Below are positions 42,912-52,137 of a stretch of 64,000 nt of DNA, piece after piece. The notes beneath the pieces were generated by a model. That model did no database searches. It saw only the letters and a list, made by a program, of their open reading frames with translations, and was not told the DNA's origin. Positions within the stretch are counted from its first letter, which is position 1. Every line of letters starts with the position of its first letter. A program made the position numbers and the translations under genes. Source of the stretch: Thalassobaculaceae bacterium (GTDB lineage: Bacteria; Pseudomonadota; Alphaproteobacteria; Thalassobaculales; Thalassobaculaceae); contig OZ245843.1 in NCBI GenBank assembly GCA_965228875.1, forward strand, positions 3,764,616 through 3,828,615. Direction: 5' to 3'.

Positions 42912-43544
42912 ATGGCCCAAGCGCCGCAAGTCTCTCAGCCAAGTGCGCCAAAAATTCGGTTGTTTGTCGATTTTTGGAACTATGAGCTTGCCATGAAGCG
43001 ATCCGCCTCAGGCTTTCAGACAGACTGGAAAAAGATCGGGCCGCATCTAGCAAGCGTGGCAGCGCAAATGATTGGAGCATCTGGGCAGATTAATTACCAG
43101 GGTATGAATGTTTATGGTTCTTACAACACAAAAACAGGAAACGACCAGCCATTGAAAAAATGGGCAACGACAGTTTTAGACACATTCCCAGGCGTTCATG
43201 TGACATTTATTGAGCGGCAAAAGAAAAAAAGCCCACCTTCTTGCCCTGCCTGCCATGACGCTGTCGAAAACTGTCCGTCTTGTGGAGTCGATATGCGCGG
43301 CACTGAAGAAAAAGGTGTCGACACTCGGATGGTCACAGACATGATGAGTCTAGCCTGGGCCAATAATTATGATGTAGCTGTATTACTATCTTCCGATAAA
43401 GATTTTGTGCCAGTCGCAGAGTTTTTGCAGACGCGTGGCATCAAAGTTATTCACGGTGCATTTCCACCAAATGGTGCTGTTTTAAGTCAAAAGTGCTGGG
43501 CGAGCATAGATGTTCCGGGAGAGCGGAGTAATTTCCAACGCTAA
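42912..43544 (+). CDS. NYN (LabA/DUF88, PIN-like) RNase with Zn-ribbon insert
   Basis: FVDFWN, EKGVDTRMVTDM, LLSSDKDFVP; CPAC..CPSC insert; low GC. Confidence 0.9.
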   Translation: MAQAPQVSQPSAPKIRLFVDFWNYELAMKRSASGFQTDWKKIGPHLASVAAQMIGASGQINYQGMNVYGSYNTKTGNDQPLKKWATTVLDTFPGVHVTFIERQKKKSPPSCPACHDAVENCPSCGVDMRGTEEKGVDTRMVTDMMSLAWANNYDVAVLLSSDKDFVPVAEFLQTRGIKVIHGAFPPNGAVLSQKCWASIDVPGERSNFQR

Positions 43545-43600
43545 TTTAGGCTTTCTCCACCTAATCGCTGTCCAAGCCAACGCCTGACCGCATCGAGCGC

Positions 43601-44035
43601 CTACCCCGCCACCCACTGCTTATACGTCCCCTCGCTGGGAACCTCGCGGGCTAGCCCCTTCTCGACCAGCCGATACAGGCACGCGCCGACGCGCTTGCGG
43701 ATCAGCGAGACAGCGCGTGCGTCGTTCGGGTCCAGCCCACGGCCCTTGACCACCTCGACCGCCATCTCCAGCGTCGTCAGCGGCTCCGAGGCGTTCCGGA
43801 GTGCTCCGAGTACAAACCGCTGCATCTCGCCCCTGTAGGCGCCGTGGCGGGCTGGGAACTGCTTGGGCTTGGTCAGCGATACGTCGAGGTCCGGGGCGAA
43901 CATGTGGATGCAGTGGTCTACGTGGTCCAGGTCGATGACCAGGTCGTTCAATTGCTGCTGTAGGTGCTCGATCCGGCCGGATATCTCGCGGCGCTTCTCG
44001 ATCAGTCCCGCGACTGTGTTGGGTCTGTCTGACAT
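43601..44035 (-). CDS. Hypothetical coiled-coil plus winged-helix-like protein
   Basis: N-terminal heptads (LIEKRREISGRIEHLQQQL); C-terminal VLGALRNASEPLTTLEMA..VGACLYRLVEKGL..W pattern. Confidence 0.75.
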   Translation of the reverse strand: MSDRPNTVAGLIEKRREISGRIEHLQQQLNDLVIDLDHVDHCIHMFAPDLDVSLTKPKQFPARHGAYRGEMQRFVLGALRNASEPLTTLEMAVEVVKGRGLDPNDARAVSLIRKRVGACLYRLVEKGLAREVPSEGTYKQWVAG

Positions 44036-44103
44036 GCCCCAAGGATACGAAACCGGCGGGACTCTGCCGATATGGGGCTAGGTGCATTTGCTACCTAATA
44101 CCG

Positions 44104-44712
44104 GAGTTCCCGCGTCCGGTCCTCGACGCGCTGCGCCAGCCGATCGAGACCGGCCAGGCGGTCATCGCGCGGGCCAACCATCACGTCACCTATCCGGCCC
44201 GCTTCCAGATGGTGGCGGCGATGAATCCCTGCCGCTGCGGCCATATGGCCGATCCCGCCCGCGCCTGTTCCCGCGCGCCGCGCTGCGGCGCCGACTACCA
44301 GAATCGGCTCTCCGGCCCGCTACTCGACCGTTTTGATCTGGCAATAGAGGTGCAGGCGGTCTCGGCGGCGGACCTGTCGCTGCCGCCGCCGGCCGAGGGC
44401 AGCGCCGAGGTCGCCGCCCGGGTCGCCGCCGCCAGGGCCCTGCAGACCGAGCGGTACCGGACGCTGGATCCGACCGGCGCGGTGCGCACCAACGCCGATG
44501 CCGATGGCGAGCTGCTGACCGCCGTCGCCGAACCGGACGAGCCGGGTCGCGCCCTGATGCGCCGGGCGGCGGAGAAGCTGCAGCTCTCCGCCCGCGGCTA
44601 CCACCGCGTCCTCAAGGTCGCCCGCACCCTGGCCGATCTCGACCGGGCCGAGACGGTGGGACGGGTGCACGTGGCCGAGGCGCTAGCCTATCGGGGGAAT
44701 GGGGGTGGGTGA
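44104..44712 (+). pseudogene. comM: comM, 3' part (begins with right TSD copy)
   Basis: EFPRPVLDALRQPIETG, AAMNPCRCG, SGPLLDRFD, LSARGYHRVLKVARTLADL; rejoining gives an intact 507-aa ORF. Confidence 0.93.
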
Positions 44713-44985
44713 GCCGCACGTATGTTTTCCATCCCGGATCCAAAAGCTGGCGGACCTTGCAGGCACGATGCTGTATACAGCAGTGTCGCGATCTGGAAGA
44801 GAACAGTAGCAATGCAGCTATTTCGCGCTTGCCCGTTGACGTCGCCTATACCGCGAATTACGTTGACGCATACAGCGAATCGGCACCAAACCTAGGATCT
44901 TAGGTAACCCAACATTAATTGTTGTACCCTAGAATCCCTTGAGCACAAGATATTGCGTCTTGGCACGCTCAACAGGGAGGTTCCG

Positions 44986-45246
44986 ATGTCGTCCCAAGCG
45001 ACGCGGAAAAGCAGGACCAGGGCCATGTTATCCAATTTGTCGACGAGGTCTAGCGAGTCCGACGATGTTGAAGCGACGGATGCTACAGCCATCTCTCGAC
45101 CGGAGCGCCGGCATTCTTGGATGGTCAGCGGTGTCACTCTGAGCGGCAAAGCTGTTCGTCACATCGACGAGCAAACTCGTTCTGCTGCTAAGCAAGCTGC
45201 AAAAAGAAAACTTCGGGAAATGGTCCGTCGCCGCGAAGCAGGTTGA
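44986..45246 (+). CDS. Hypothetical small basic protein (low GC)
   Basis: GGGAGG SD 5 nt before the ATG; 86 aa. Confidence 0.55.
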   Translation: MSSQATRKSRTRAMLSNLSTRSSESDDVEATDATAISRPERRHSWMVSGVTLSGKAVRHIDEQTRSAAKQAAKRKLREMVRRREAG

Positions 45247-45268
45247 CGAAAGTTTCGTGCACGAGTAA

Positions 45269-45850
45269 ATGCCAATTATGGCTCAATCTGACCGTGCACA
45301 AAGCCAAGAGGAACCTAGCGCAAATAGCGTGCCTGGCGTGCCCGGGCACGTGACGGATTTAGTGAATCGAGGCTTCCAGCGGATCGTCACTGATCCAGAA
45401 GATATAGAACAGCTAGTAGCCTATGGACTTTATAAAGCGGCTAAACACAAATGGGCTATTAACCAAAGCCCAAAGAAGGCTGAAGCAGATAACTATTATA
45501 AAAACGAACTTGCTAGCGAAGAAAAAATCGACTTGTACATGCAGCAAGCCAATCAAATGGTTTTAGCATATACTGACGAGCTAATTCGACGTGATATAAA
45601 GGAAATTATTACCGATTATCTTGAAGAAGAACATCTAGAAGATATCAAATCAGATTTAAGACAGGTGAAGACAAACTCTTCTCTGTTATGGAATGGCGCT
45701 GTTTCTTTAGGCACAAATATAGTTGCTTGGGCTTTAATTGTCGTACTTACTCTGATCATACTTGCGGGAATGGAGAACGGTATCAGCGTTCTCCCGACAG
45801 CCGCTAGTCAGAATGGCCAAGAACAAGTACCTGCCCCAGCAAAAGAATAA
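45269..45850 (+). CDS. Hypothetical protein with C-terminal TM (low GC)
   Basis: 193-aa ORF in AT-rich DNA; LVAYGLYK helix; TM IVAWALIVVLTLIILAG. Confidence 0.75.
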   Translation: MPIMAQSDRAQSQEEPSANSVPGVPGHVTDLVNRGFQRIVTDPEDIEQLVAYGLYKAAKHKWAINQSPKKAEADNYYKNELASEEKIDLYMQQANQMVLAYTDELIRRDIKEIITDYLEEEHLEDIKSDLRQVKTNSSLLWNGAVSLGTNIVAWALIVVLTLIILAGMENGISVLPTAASQNGQEQVPAPAKE

Positions 45851-45871
45851 TAAGCCCCACTAGCTTATACC

Positions 45872-46810
45872 CTACAACCGCCCCTCGATCGCGTCCCACA
45901 GCATCGCCGGCACGTCGATACCGTCGAACCGGCTCAGTTCCTGGATGCCGGTGGGGGAGGTGACGTTGATCTCGGTGAGGTAGTTGCCGATCACGTCGAT
46001 GCCGACGAAGATCTGGCCGCGCTTCTTCAGCTCCGGGCCGATGATCTCGCAGATCTCGTGGTCGCGCCTGGTCATCTCGCATTTCACCGCGCGGCCGCCG
46101 ACATGCATGTTGGAGCGGGCCTCGCCCTCGGCCGGGATGCGGTTGATGGCGCCCACGCCCTTGCCGTCGACCAGGATCACCCGCTTGTCGCCCTGGCGGA
46201 CCTCCGGCAGGTAGGTCTGCACGATGATCGGCTCGCGGAACATCTGGGTGAACAGTTCCAGCAGCGAGTTCAGGTTCTCGTCGCCCGGCTTGATGTGGAA
46301 CACGCCGGCGCCGCCGTTGCCGAACAGCGGCTTGACGATGATGTCCTTGTGCTCGTCGCGGAACGCCTTGATCTCGTCCGGGTCGCTGGTGATCAGGGTC
46401 GGCGGCATCACCCCGTCGAAATGCGTGACGAACAGCTTCTCCGGGGCGTTGCGCACCTCGGCCGGGTCGTTCACCACCAGGGTCTTGGGGTGGATGTGCT
46501 CGAGCACGTGGGTCGCGGTGATGTAGGACATGTCGAAGGGCGGGTCCTGGCGCATCAGCACCACGTCGACATCGGCCAGGTCCAGCGCCGCGCGTTCGCC
46601 GAGCGTGAAGTGGTCGCCCTTGACCCGGCGCACGTCCAGTTCGGCCGCGCGGGCGGTGACCTTGCGGTCGCGGAAGCTCAGGTGTTTCGGCAGATAATGA
46701 TAGAGCTTGTGGCCCCGCTTTCTGGCTTCCAGCGCCAACGCGAAGGTGCTGTCGGCGTTGATGTCGACCGGCTCGATCGGGTCCATCTGGATCGCGACCT
46801 CAAGGGCCAT
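45872..46810 (-). CDS. gshB: Glutathione synthetase
   Basis: [23 protein letters not shown]. Confidence 0.97.
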   Translation of the reverse strand: MALEVAIQMDPIEPVDINADSTFALALEARKRGHKLYHYLPKHLSFRDRKVTARAAELDVRRVKGDHFTLGERAALDLADVDVVLMRQDPPFDMSYITATHVLEHIHPKTLVVNDPAEVRNAPEKLFVTHFDGVMPPTLITSDPDEIKAFRDEHKDIIVKPLFGNGGAGVFHIKPGDENLNSLLELFTQMFREPIIVQTYLPEVRQGDKRVILVDGKGVGAINRIPAEGEARSNMHVGGRAVKCEMTRRDHEICEIIGPELKKRGQIFVGIDVIGNYLTEINVTSPTGIQELSRFDGIDVPAMLWDAIEGRL

Positions 46811-46891
46811 GGCTCGCTCCCTGTCCGCATTCGTCGTTGCAGGCGTTCGCGCGGAACGCCCGTCCGGGGCGACAATCGGCCGGCCCGGCGG

Positions 46892-47728
46892 TCAGTTCAA
46901 GCGGCTTTCGATGGATGCGAGGAACCGCTCCATCTCCGCCCGGTCGTCAATCGCCCCGTATCCGGCGTCCAGATAGCCGCGCACGGCGCCGGCAGCCCCC
47001 TTCATGGCCCCGGATTCCGCCAGGATCGCCGCCTCCTCCATGACGAGGCCGGAGATGTCCGGCGCCAGTCGGCGCATCCGGCGCAGCACGGCGAGCCCGC
47101 CCTCGATGTCGTTGGCCTGGAGCCGGCGCAGCTTGATGTTGTTCTGCAGGCGCAACAGAATGTGACGGTCCGGCACGTCCTGGTGGTGTTCGGCCTTCAG
47201 TTCGTCGCCGGCACCCATGGCGCGCAGCAGGGCGCGCATGTCGCCGGCGTCGATCGACCGGCCGCCGTGAAACGGGTCGAGGATCCGCCGGCCGCCGGGA
47301 CCGTCGACCCGGATCAGGAAATGGGCGGGAAAGCTGAGGCCGGCCGCGTCCCAGCCGGCCGCCCGGGCGGCGTGGCAGTAGAGGATGCCGAGCGCCACCG
47401 GCAGACCGCGACGGCGCGCGATCACCGCCGCCAGATCGGCGTTGGCCATGTCGTCATAGGTGTCGGTGTCGCCGGCATAGCCGAATTCGCCGGCCAGGAC
47501 CTCCCCCAGCGCATCGACGGAGACGGCGGCCGCGGGGTCGGAGAATCGTCCGGCGATCGCTTCCAGATGCGTCTGCGCCGCCGCGACATCCCGTTCCGGC
47601 GTTTCCAGTACCGAGAAGGCCAGCGCGACCCCCGCCAGATCGAGACGGGCATTCGGGTCGGCGGCGCAGGCCGCGGCGGCCGTGTCGAGCAGGGCTCCGG
47701 CCGCCTGCGGCGTCAGGGCAGCGCTCAA
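46892..47728 (-). CDS. SirB1/transglutaminase-like TPR protein
   Basis: [37 protein letters not shown] start inferred. Confidence 0.85.
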   Translation of the reverse strand: MSAALTPQAAGALLDTAAAACAADPNARLDLAGVALAFSVLETPERDVAAAQTHLEAIAGRFSDPAAAVSVDALGEVLAGEFGYAGDTDTYDDMANADLAAVIARRRGLPVALGILYCHAARAAGWDAAGLSFPAHFLIRVDGPGGRRILDPFHGGRSIDAGDMRALLRAMGAGDELKAEHHQDVPDRHILLRLQNNIKLRRLQANDIEGGLAVLRRMRRLAPDISGLVMEEAAILAESGAMKGAAGAVRGYLDAGYGAIDDRAEMERFLASIESRLN

Positions 47729-48375
47729 GACCGCACCCGGACATAGTCCACCACGCCGCGGACATAGGGGATGTTGCGGGCGTGGCCGATCACCCGCGCC
47801 AGTTCGGCCTGGCTGCGGGCGATGCCCATGACGTAGATCGTCTGGTTGACCACCTCGACCGAGAAGTTGATCGACGCCACCTGATCGTCGGCCAGGAGCG
47901 TCACCCGCAGCTCCGTGGCGATCCGCGTGTCGCGGCCGAAATCGGTCAGCGACGACTGGTCGGTGACCTGGATCTCGTTGATCACCTCGACCACGCCTTC
48001 GGCGCTCCAGGCCAGCCGGGTGGCGGTCACCCGGTCGTCGGGATCCTCGACGGCGCCGGTCAGAAGGACCCGGCCCTCGTCCACCGTGAACGACACGTCG
48101 GAGAACAGGTCGTAGTTGGTCTCGAAGAACTTGGCGTTGAGCTGCAGGCGGATGCGGCCGTCGTCGACGGCGCGCGCGAAGCCCTTCTCCGTCTGCGCCG
48201 CGGTCACCCCGGCGGCACCGGCGCCGACGGCGACGCCGGCCGGCGAACAGGCGCCCAGGGAGGCGGCCAGGGGCAGCGCCAGGACGGCGACCAGAGCCAG
48301 CGCCGGTGCAGACGTTGGCGCGGGCGGTGACGCGGACGGCGGCGCGGGAAACGGCGGCAGGGAGGGCTTGAACAT
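47725..48375 (-). CDS. BON-domain lipoprotein (YraP/DolP-like)
   Basis: Lipobox LGAC; two BON domains (EGRVLLTG, IYVMGIA). Confidence 0.88.
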   Translation of the reverse strand: MFKPSLPPFPAPPSASPPAPTSAPALALVAVLALPLAASLGACSPAGVAVGAGAAGVTAAQTEKGFARAVDDGRIRLQLNAKFFETNYDLFSDVSFTVDEGRVLLTGAVEDPDDRVTATRLAWSAEGVVEVINEIQVTDQSSLTDFGRDTRIATELRVTLLADDQVASINFSVEVVNQTIYVMGIARSQAELARVIGHARNIPYVRGVVDYVRVRS

Positions 48376-48429
48376 CGTCGCGATCTCCTGTCGATACCGA
48401 CCCATACTTAGGTGTTTCGCGCCCGTCCG

Positions 48430-48909
48430 TCACCGGTTCTCGCGGTGCATGTCCGTCAGATGGACCGGCAGCCGCCACGGGCGGACCGCCACCAGGTCGA
48501 GCCGGCGGGCCAGCCCGGCCAGCGCCGGGTCGCGTCCGGCGACCAGATCCAGGGCACGCACGATGCGCAGGCGCTGGCGGGTCGAGACGCCGGACAGCGC
48601 GGACTCGACCGACGGCCGCGCCTTGACCTCGACCGCCACCAGGGTGTCGCCGCGCCGGGCGACCAGGTCGATCTCGCCCGCCGGGGTGCGGACCCGGCGC
48701 CCCAGGATCCGGTAGCCCTTCAGCCGCAGCCACAGTGCGGCGCAGGTCTCGGCGGCGAGACCCCAGGCCTGGGCCCGCCGCCGGCGGCGCCGCGCGCGTG
48801 CCGCGAAGCGGTCATCTTCTCGTGATTGACTGGCCCCGTCCCCGGCCTCCGGCGCGGCCGCGGGGGCATCGCGTTTACTTGGCGGCGCCGGTCGATTAGC
48901 GTCGGCCAC
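48430..48909 (-). CDS. YraN family protein (UPF0102)
   Basis: LRLKGYRIL, GEIDLVARRG..VEVKAR; start uncertain. Confidence 0.85.
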   Translation of the reverse strand: MADANRPAPPSKRDAPAAAPEAGDGASQSREDDRFAARARRRRRRAQAWGLAAETCAALWLRLKGYRILGRRVRTPAGEIDLVARRGDTLVAVEVKARPSVESALSGVSTRQRLRIVRALDLVAGRDPALAGLARRLDLVAVRPWRLPVHLTDMHRENR

Positions 48910-48968
48910 GGATGGGGCGACCGGTCGGCGGGAGCCCGAGGGCTCCGAGCGAAGCGAGGGCAGGCTGC

Positions 48969-50324
48969 ATGATGCGGTTCCGGACACGGCGGATGGGTCT
49001 CGCGGCGGCGCTGGCCGTCATGGTTGCAGCCCTGGCGGGTTGCGCAAGCGAAAAGGTGCCGATGCCGCCGAGCGAGCGGTCGGAAGCCGCGCCACCGCCG
49101 AGAACGGCGGAGACCACCCCGCCGCCGAACCTCGACCTGCAACGTCGCGCGCCCGAACCGGCACCCGTGGTCGTTCCGGTCCAGGTCGGACCGCCGAAGG
49201 TGGCGCTGCTCGTGCCCCTCACCGGCCGGGCGGCGGAGATCGGCAAGGCCCTGCGCAATGCCGCCGAACTCGCGCTGTTCGACATTGCCGCCGAGGACTT
49301 CGCGCTGGCCTTCTACGACACCGGGTCCAACCCGCAGACCGCGGCCGGCGTCGCCGCGACGGCGATCGCCGATGGTGCCCAGCTCATCGTCGGCCCGCTG
49401 TTCGCCGACTCCGCCAGGGCGGTCGGTCCGGTGGCCCGTGCCGCCGGCGTGCCGGTGCTGGCCTTCTCCAATGATCGCACGGCGGCGGGCGACGGGGTCT
49501 GGGTCCTCGGGCTGCTGCCGGATCAGCAGGTCGCGCGCGTCATCCGCTTCGCCGCCGAGAGCGGTTACGGCCGGATCGGCGTGCTGGCGCCGGCCAACGC
49601 CTACGGCAACGCCGCGATGCAGGCGGCGCGGGTGACCGCCGCCAGGGCCGGGGCAAGCATCTCCCGCGCCCAGTCCTACGTTCCCGGCAGCGCGTCGCTG
49701 TCCGACACGGTGCGGAGCTTCGCCAACTACGACTCTCGGAAAGCGGCCCTGGAGCGCCAGCGCGCCGCCCTGCGGGCCGACAACGGCGCGCTCGCCCGCA
49801 GCTCCCTCGCCCGCCTGAAGGGGCGCGAGACCACCGGCCCATTCCCCTACGACGCCGTGCTGGTGCCCGAGGGTGGTCAGGCGATCCTCAACCTGGCGCC
49901 GCTGATGGCTTACTACGATGTCGATCCGGCGGAGGTGAAATATCTCGGGACGGCGCTGTGGGCCGATCCGGCGCTCGGCCGCGAGCCGACCCTGGTCGGC
50001 GGGTGGTTCGCCGCCCCCGATCCCGCCGGCCGCCAGGGGTTCGTCGACCGGTACCGCGCGGTCCACGGTACCGCGCCGCAGGGACTGGCCTCGCTCGCCT
50101 ATGACGCGGTCGGACTGGCGGCCGTGCTGGCGCGTCAGCCGGACTCCCAGGGGTTTCCGATCGAGAGCCTGACCCAGCCGTCGGGCTTCGCCGGCGCGGA
50201 CGGATTGTTCCGGCTGCTTAACGACGGGACCAACCAGCGTGGTCTGGCGGTGCTTCGTCTGACGCCGGACGGATTCGACACGGTGGACCCGGCGCCACGC
50301 AGCTTCTCGGCGGCGATCAACTGA
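48969..50324 (+). CDS. Penicillin-binding protein activator (LppC/LpoA-like lipoprotein)
   Basis: Lipobox LAGC, KVALLVPLTG, IVGPLFA, LAYDAV, GFAGADGLFR. Confidence 0.85.
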   Translation: MMRFRTRRMGLAAALAVMVAALAGCASEKVPMPPSERSEAAPPPRTAETTPPPNLDLQRRAPEPAPVVVPVQVGPPKVALLVPLTGRAAEIGKALRNAAELALFDIAAEDFALAFYDTGSNPQTAAGVAATAIADGAQLIVGPLFADSARAVGPVARAAGVPVLAFSNDRTAAGDGVWVLGLLPDQQVARVIRFAAESGYGRIGVLAPANAYGNAAMQAARVTAARAGASISRAQSYVPGSASLSDTVRSFANYDSRKAALERQRAALRADNGALARSSLARLKGRETTGPFPYDAVLVPEGGQAILNLAPLMAYYDVDPAEVKYLGTALWADPALGREPTLVGGWFAAPDPAGRQGFVDRYRAVHGTAPQGLASLAYDAVGLAAVLARQPDSQGFPIESLTQPSGFAGADGLFRLLNDGTNQRGLAVLRLTPDGFDTVDPAPRSFSAAIN

Positions 50325-51510
50325 GCGGCAGCGCGTCCCGCAGCAGGCGGGCGGTGACCGCATCCAACCGGGCACGTCCCGACGGGGTCGCGCGCAATCC
50401 GTCGTCGTCGACCAGGAGAAAGCCGCCGTCGACGAGGGTTTCCAGAGCATCCGCGGCGAACAGGTCTGCCGGTGCCGCCCCGAACAGCGCGCGGCTTCGC
50501 GCCGCGGTCAGCCCCTCGTCGATCCGCAGCCCCATCAGGACCGCTTCCGTCAGCCCCTCGTCGATCGGGATCGGCGTGTCGTCGACCAGGGCGTGGCCGT
50601 CGCGGGCCACGCGCTCGAGCCAGATCTTCGGCGCGCGGTGGCTTCGGGTCGCGCTCTTCACCGCGCCAGCGCCACCGTCGCTGATGCGGCCATGGGCCCC
50701 GGGACCGACGCCGAGATAGTCCTGATAGCGCCAGTAGACGAGGTTGTGGCGGCAAGCCCGCTCCGCCCGCGCGTGATTCGACACCTCGTAGGCCGGCAGG
50801 CCCGCGCCCGCCAGGATCTCCTGCGTCGTTTCGTACAGGTCGGCCGCCGCGTCCTCGTCCGGCAGGGCGAACTCGCCGCGCGCGTGGCGGGCGAAGAACG
50901 GCGTCGTCGGCTCGATCGTGAGCTGGTAGAGCGAGAGGTGGACGGGTTCCAGGGCGATGGCGCGCCTCAGCTCCCGAATCCAGGTCGCCGGATCCTGTCC
51001 CGGCCGGGCGTAGATCAGGTCGAACGACACGTTCTCGAAGCTGGTCCGCACCGTCTCCAGGGCCGTCAGGGCCTCGGCGGTGGAGTGCTCGCGGCCAAGG
51101 AACCGCAGCGCCTCGTCGTCCAGGGCCTGGACGCCGAGCGACACCCGGTTGATCCCCGCGTCGCGGAACGCGGCCATCTTCGCCGCCTCGACGGAGGTCG
51201 GGTTGGCCTCCAGGGTGATCTCGATATCGTTGCTGAATCGGAACAGGCGCTGCGCGGCGGCGATCGTCGCGGCAGCGGTCTCCGGGTGCATCAGCGACGG
51301 CGTGCCACCGCCGAAGAAGATGCTGACCAGCCGCCGATCGCCGACCCGCGGTGCCAGGGTCTCCAGTTCGCGCACCAGCATCGTGCGCCAGAGCGCGTGG
51401 TCGACGCTGTCCGACACATGGCTGTTGAAATCGCAGTACGGGCACTTGGCGCGGCAGAACGGCCAGTGGACGTAGAGGCCGAGGGGCTCAGCCGGCCGGT
51501 TGTCCGTCAT
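50317..51510 (-). CDS. hemW: Radical SAM heme chaperone HemW
   Basis: [32 protein letters not shown]. Confidence 0.93.
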   Translation of the reverse strand: MTDNRPAEPLGLYVHWPFCRAKCPYCDFNSHVSDSVDHALWRTMLVRELETLAPRVGDRRLVSIFFGGGTPSLMHPETAAATIAAAQRLFRFSNDIEITLEANPTSVEAAKMAAFRDAGINRVSLGVQALDDEALRFLGREHSTAEALTALETVRTSFENVSFDLIYARPGQDPATWIRELRRAIALEPVHLSLYQLTIEPTTPFFARHARGEFALPDEDAAADLYETTQEILAGAGLPAYEVSNHARAERACRHNLVYWRYQDYLGVGPGAHGRISDGGAGAVKSATRSHRAPKIWLERVARDGHALVDDTPIPIDEGLTEAVLMGLRIDEGLTAARSRALFGAAPADLFAADALETLVDGGFLLVDDDGLRATPSGRARLDAVTARLLRDALPLS

Positions 51511-52126
51511 GGTCCGGGCCTTCCTCGAAGCACCGGGCCACAAGCTTGGCGAAGGCCTCGGCCCGATGGCTGATGGAGTGCTTCCACGTGCTGTCGCCCT
51601 CGCCGAAGGTCCTGGTGTCGCCGTCGGGCACGAACATCGGATCGTAGCCGAACCCGTGGTCGCCGCGCGGCGGCCACACGGCGGTGCCATGCACGTAACC
51701 CTCGACGCTCTCGCAGTGGCCGTCCGGCCAGGCGAGGGTCAGGGCGCAGGTGAACCACGCGCGCGCATCGTCTTTGCCGCTCTCCGTCATCCTGCGGTGC
51801 ACCAGCTCCATGGCGACCGAGAAGTCCTTGGACGGCCCGGCCCAGCGCGCGGAGTAGATCCCCGGGTCGCCGTCGAGGGCGGCGACGCAGAACCCGGAAT
51901 CGTCGGCCAGCGCCGGCTTGCCGGAGGCCCGAGCGGCAGCGAGCGCTTTCAATTCCGCATTCGCAATGAAGGTCGTCCCGGTCTCCTCCGGCTCCGGCAG
52001 GCCGAGGTCGCCGGCGGAGACGACGTCGAGACCATAGGGTGCCAGCAGCTCGCCGATCTCCCGCACCTTGCCGGGATTGTGCGAGGCGACCACCAGGGTG
52101 CCGCCGGTCAGTCTGCGCGCCGTCAT
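51488..52126 (-). CDS. rdgB: Non-canonical purine NTP pyrophosphatase
   Basis: [26 protein letters not shown]. Confidence 0.95.
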   Translation of the reverse strand: MTARRLTGGTLVVASHNPGKVREIGELLAPYGLDVVSAGDLGLPEPEETGTTFIANAELKALAAARASGKPALADDSGFCVAALDGDPGIYSARWAGPSKDFSVAMELVHRRMTESGKDDARAWFTCALTLAWPDGHCESVEGYVHGTAVWPPRGDHGFGYDPMFVPDGDTRTFGEGDSTWKHSISHRAEAFAKLVARCFEEGPDHDGQPAG

Positions 52127-52137
52127 ATCCCGGTCCC

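Larger units (their letters stand above)
40510..44103. mobile_element. IS1595-family element with passenger genes (ISNha5-like), 3594 bp
   Basis: Perfect 27-bp TIRs CGGTATTAGGTAGCAAATGCACCTAGC (40510-40536 and 44077-44103), 8-bp TSD, IS1595 transposase, lower GC than host. Confidence 0.95.

Noticed and set aside
43620..44087. ORFs starting in the TIRs (MHLAP.., MHLLPNTG..)
   Set aside because: The start codons come from the TIR sequence itself; the frames overlap better-supported genes.
40510..44103. Intron/intein or integrase-type island explanation for the comM interruption
   Set aside because: TIRs, the 8-bp TSD and a DDE transposase explain it; there is no integrase or RT, and an in-frame stop lies in the left end.
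44209..44712. comM 3' fragment as an independent gene (split but functional ComM)
   Set aside because: The first in-frame start omits ~35 conserved AAA+ residues after Walker B and there is no convincing SD; treated as a disrupted gene.
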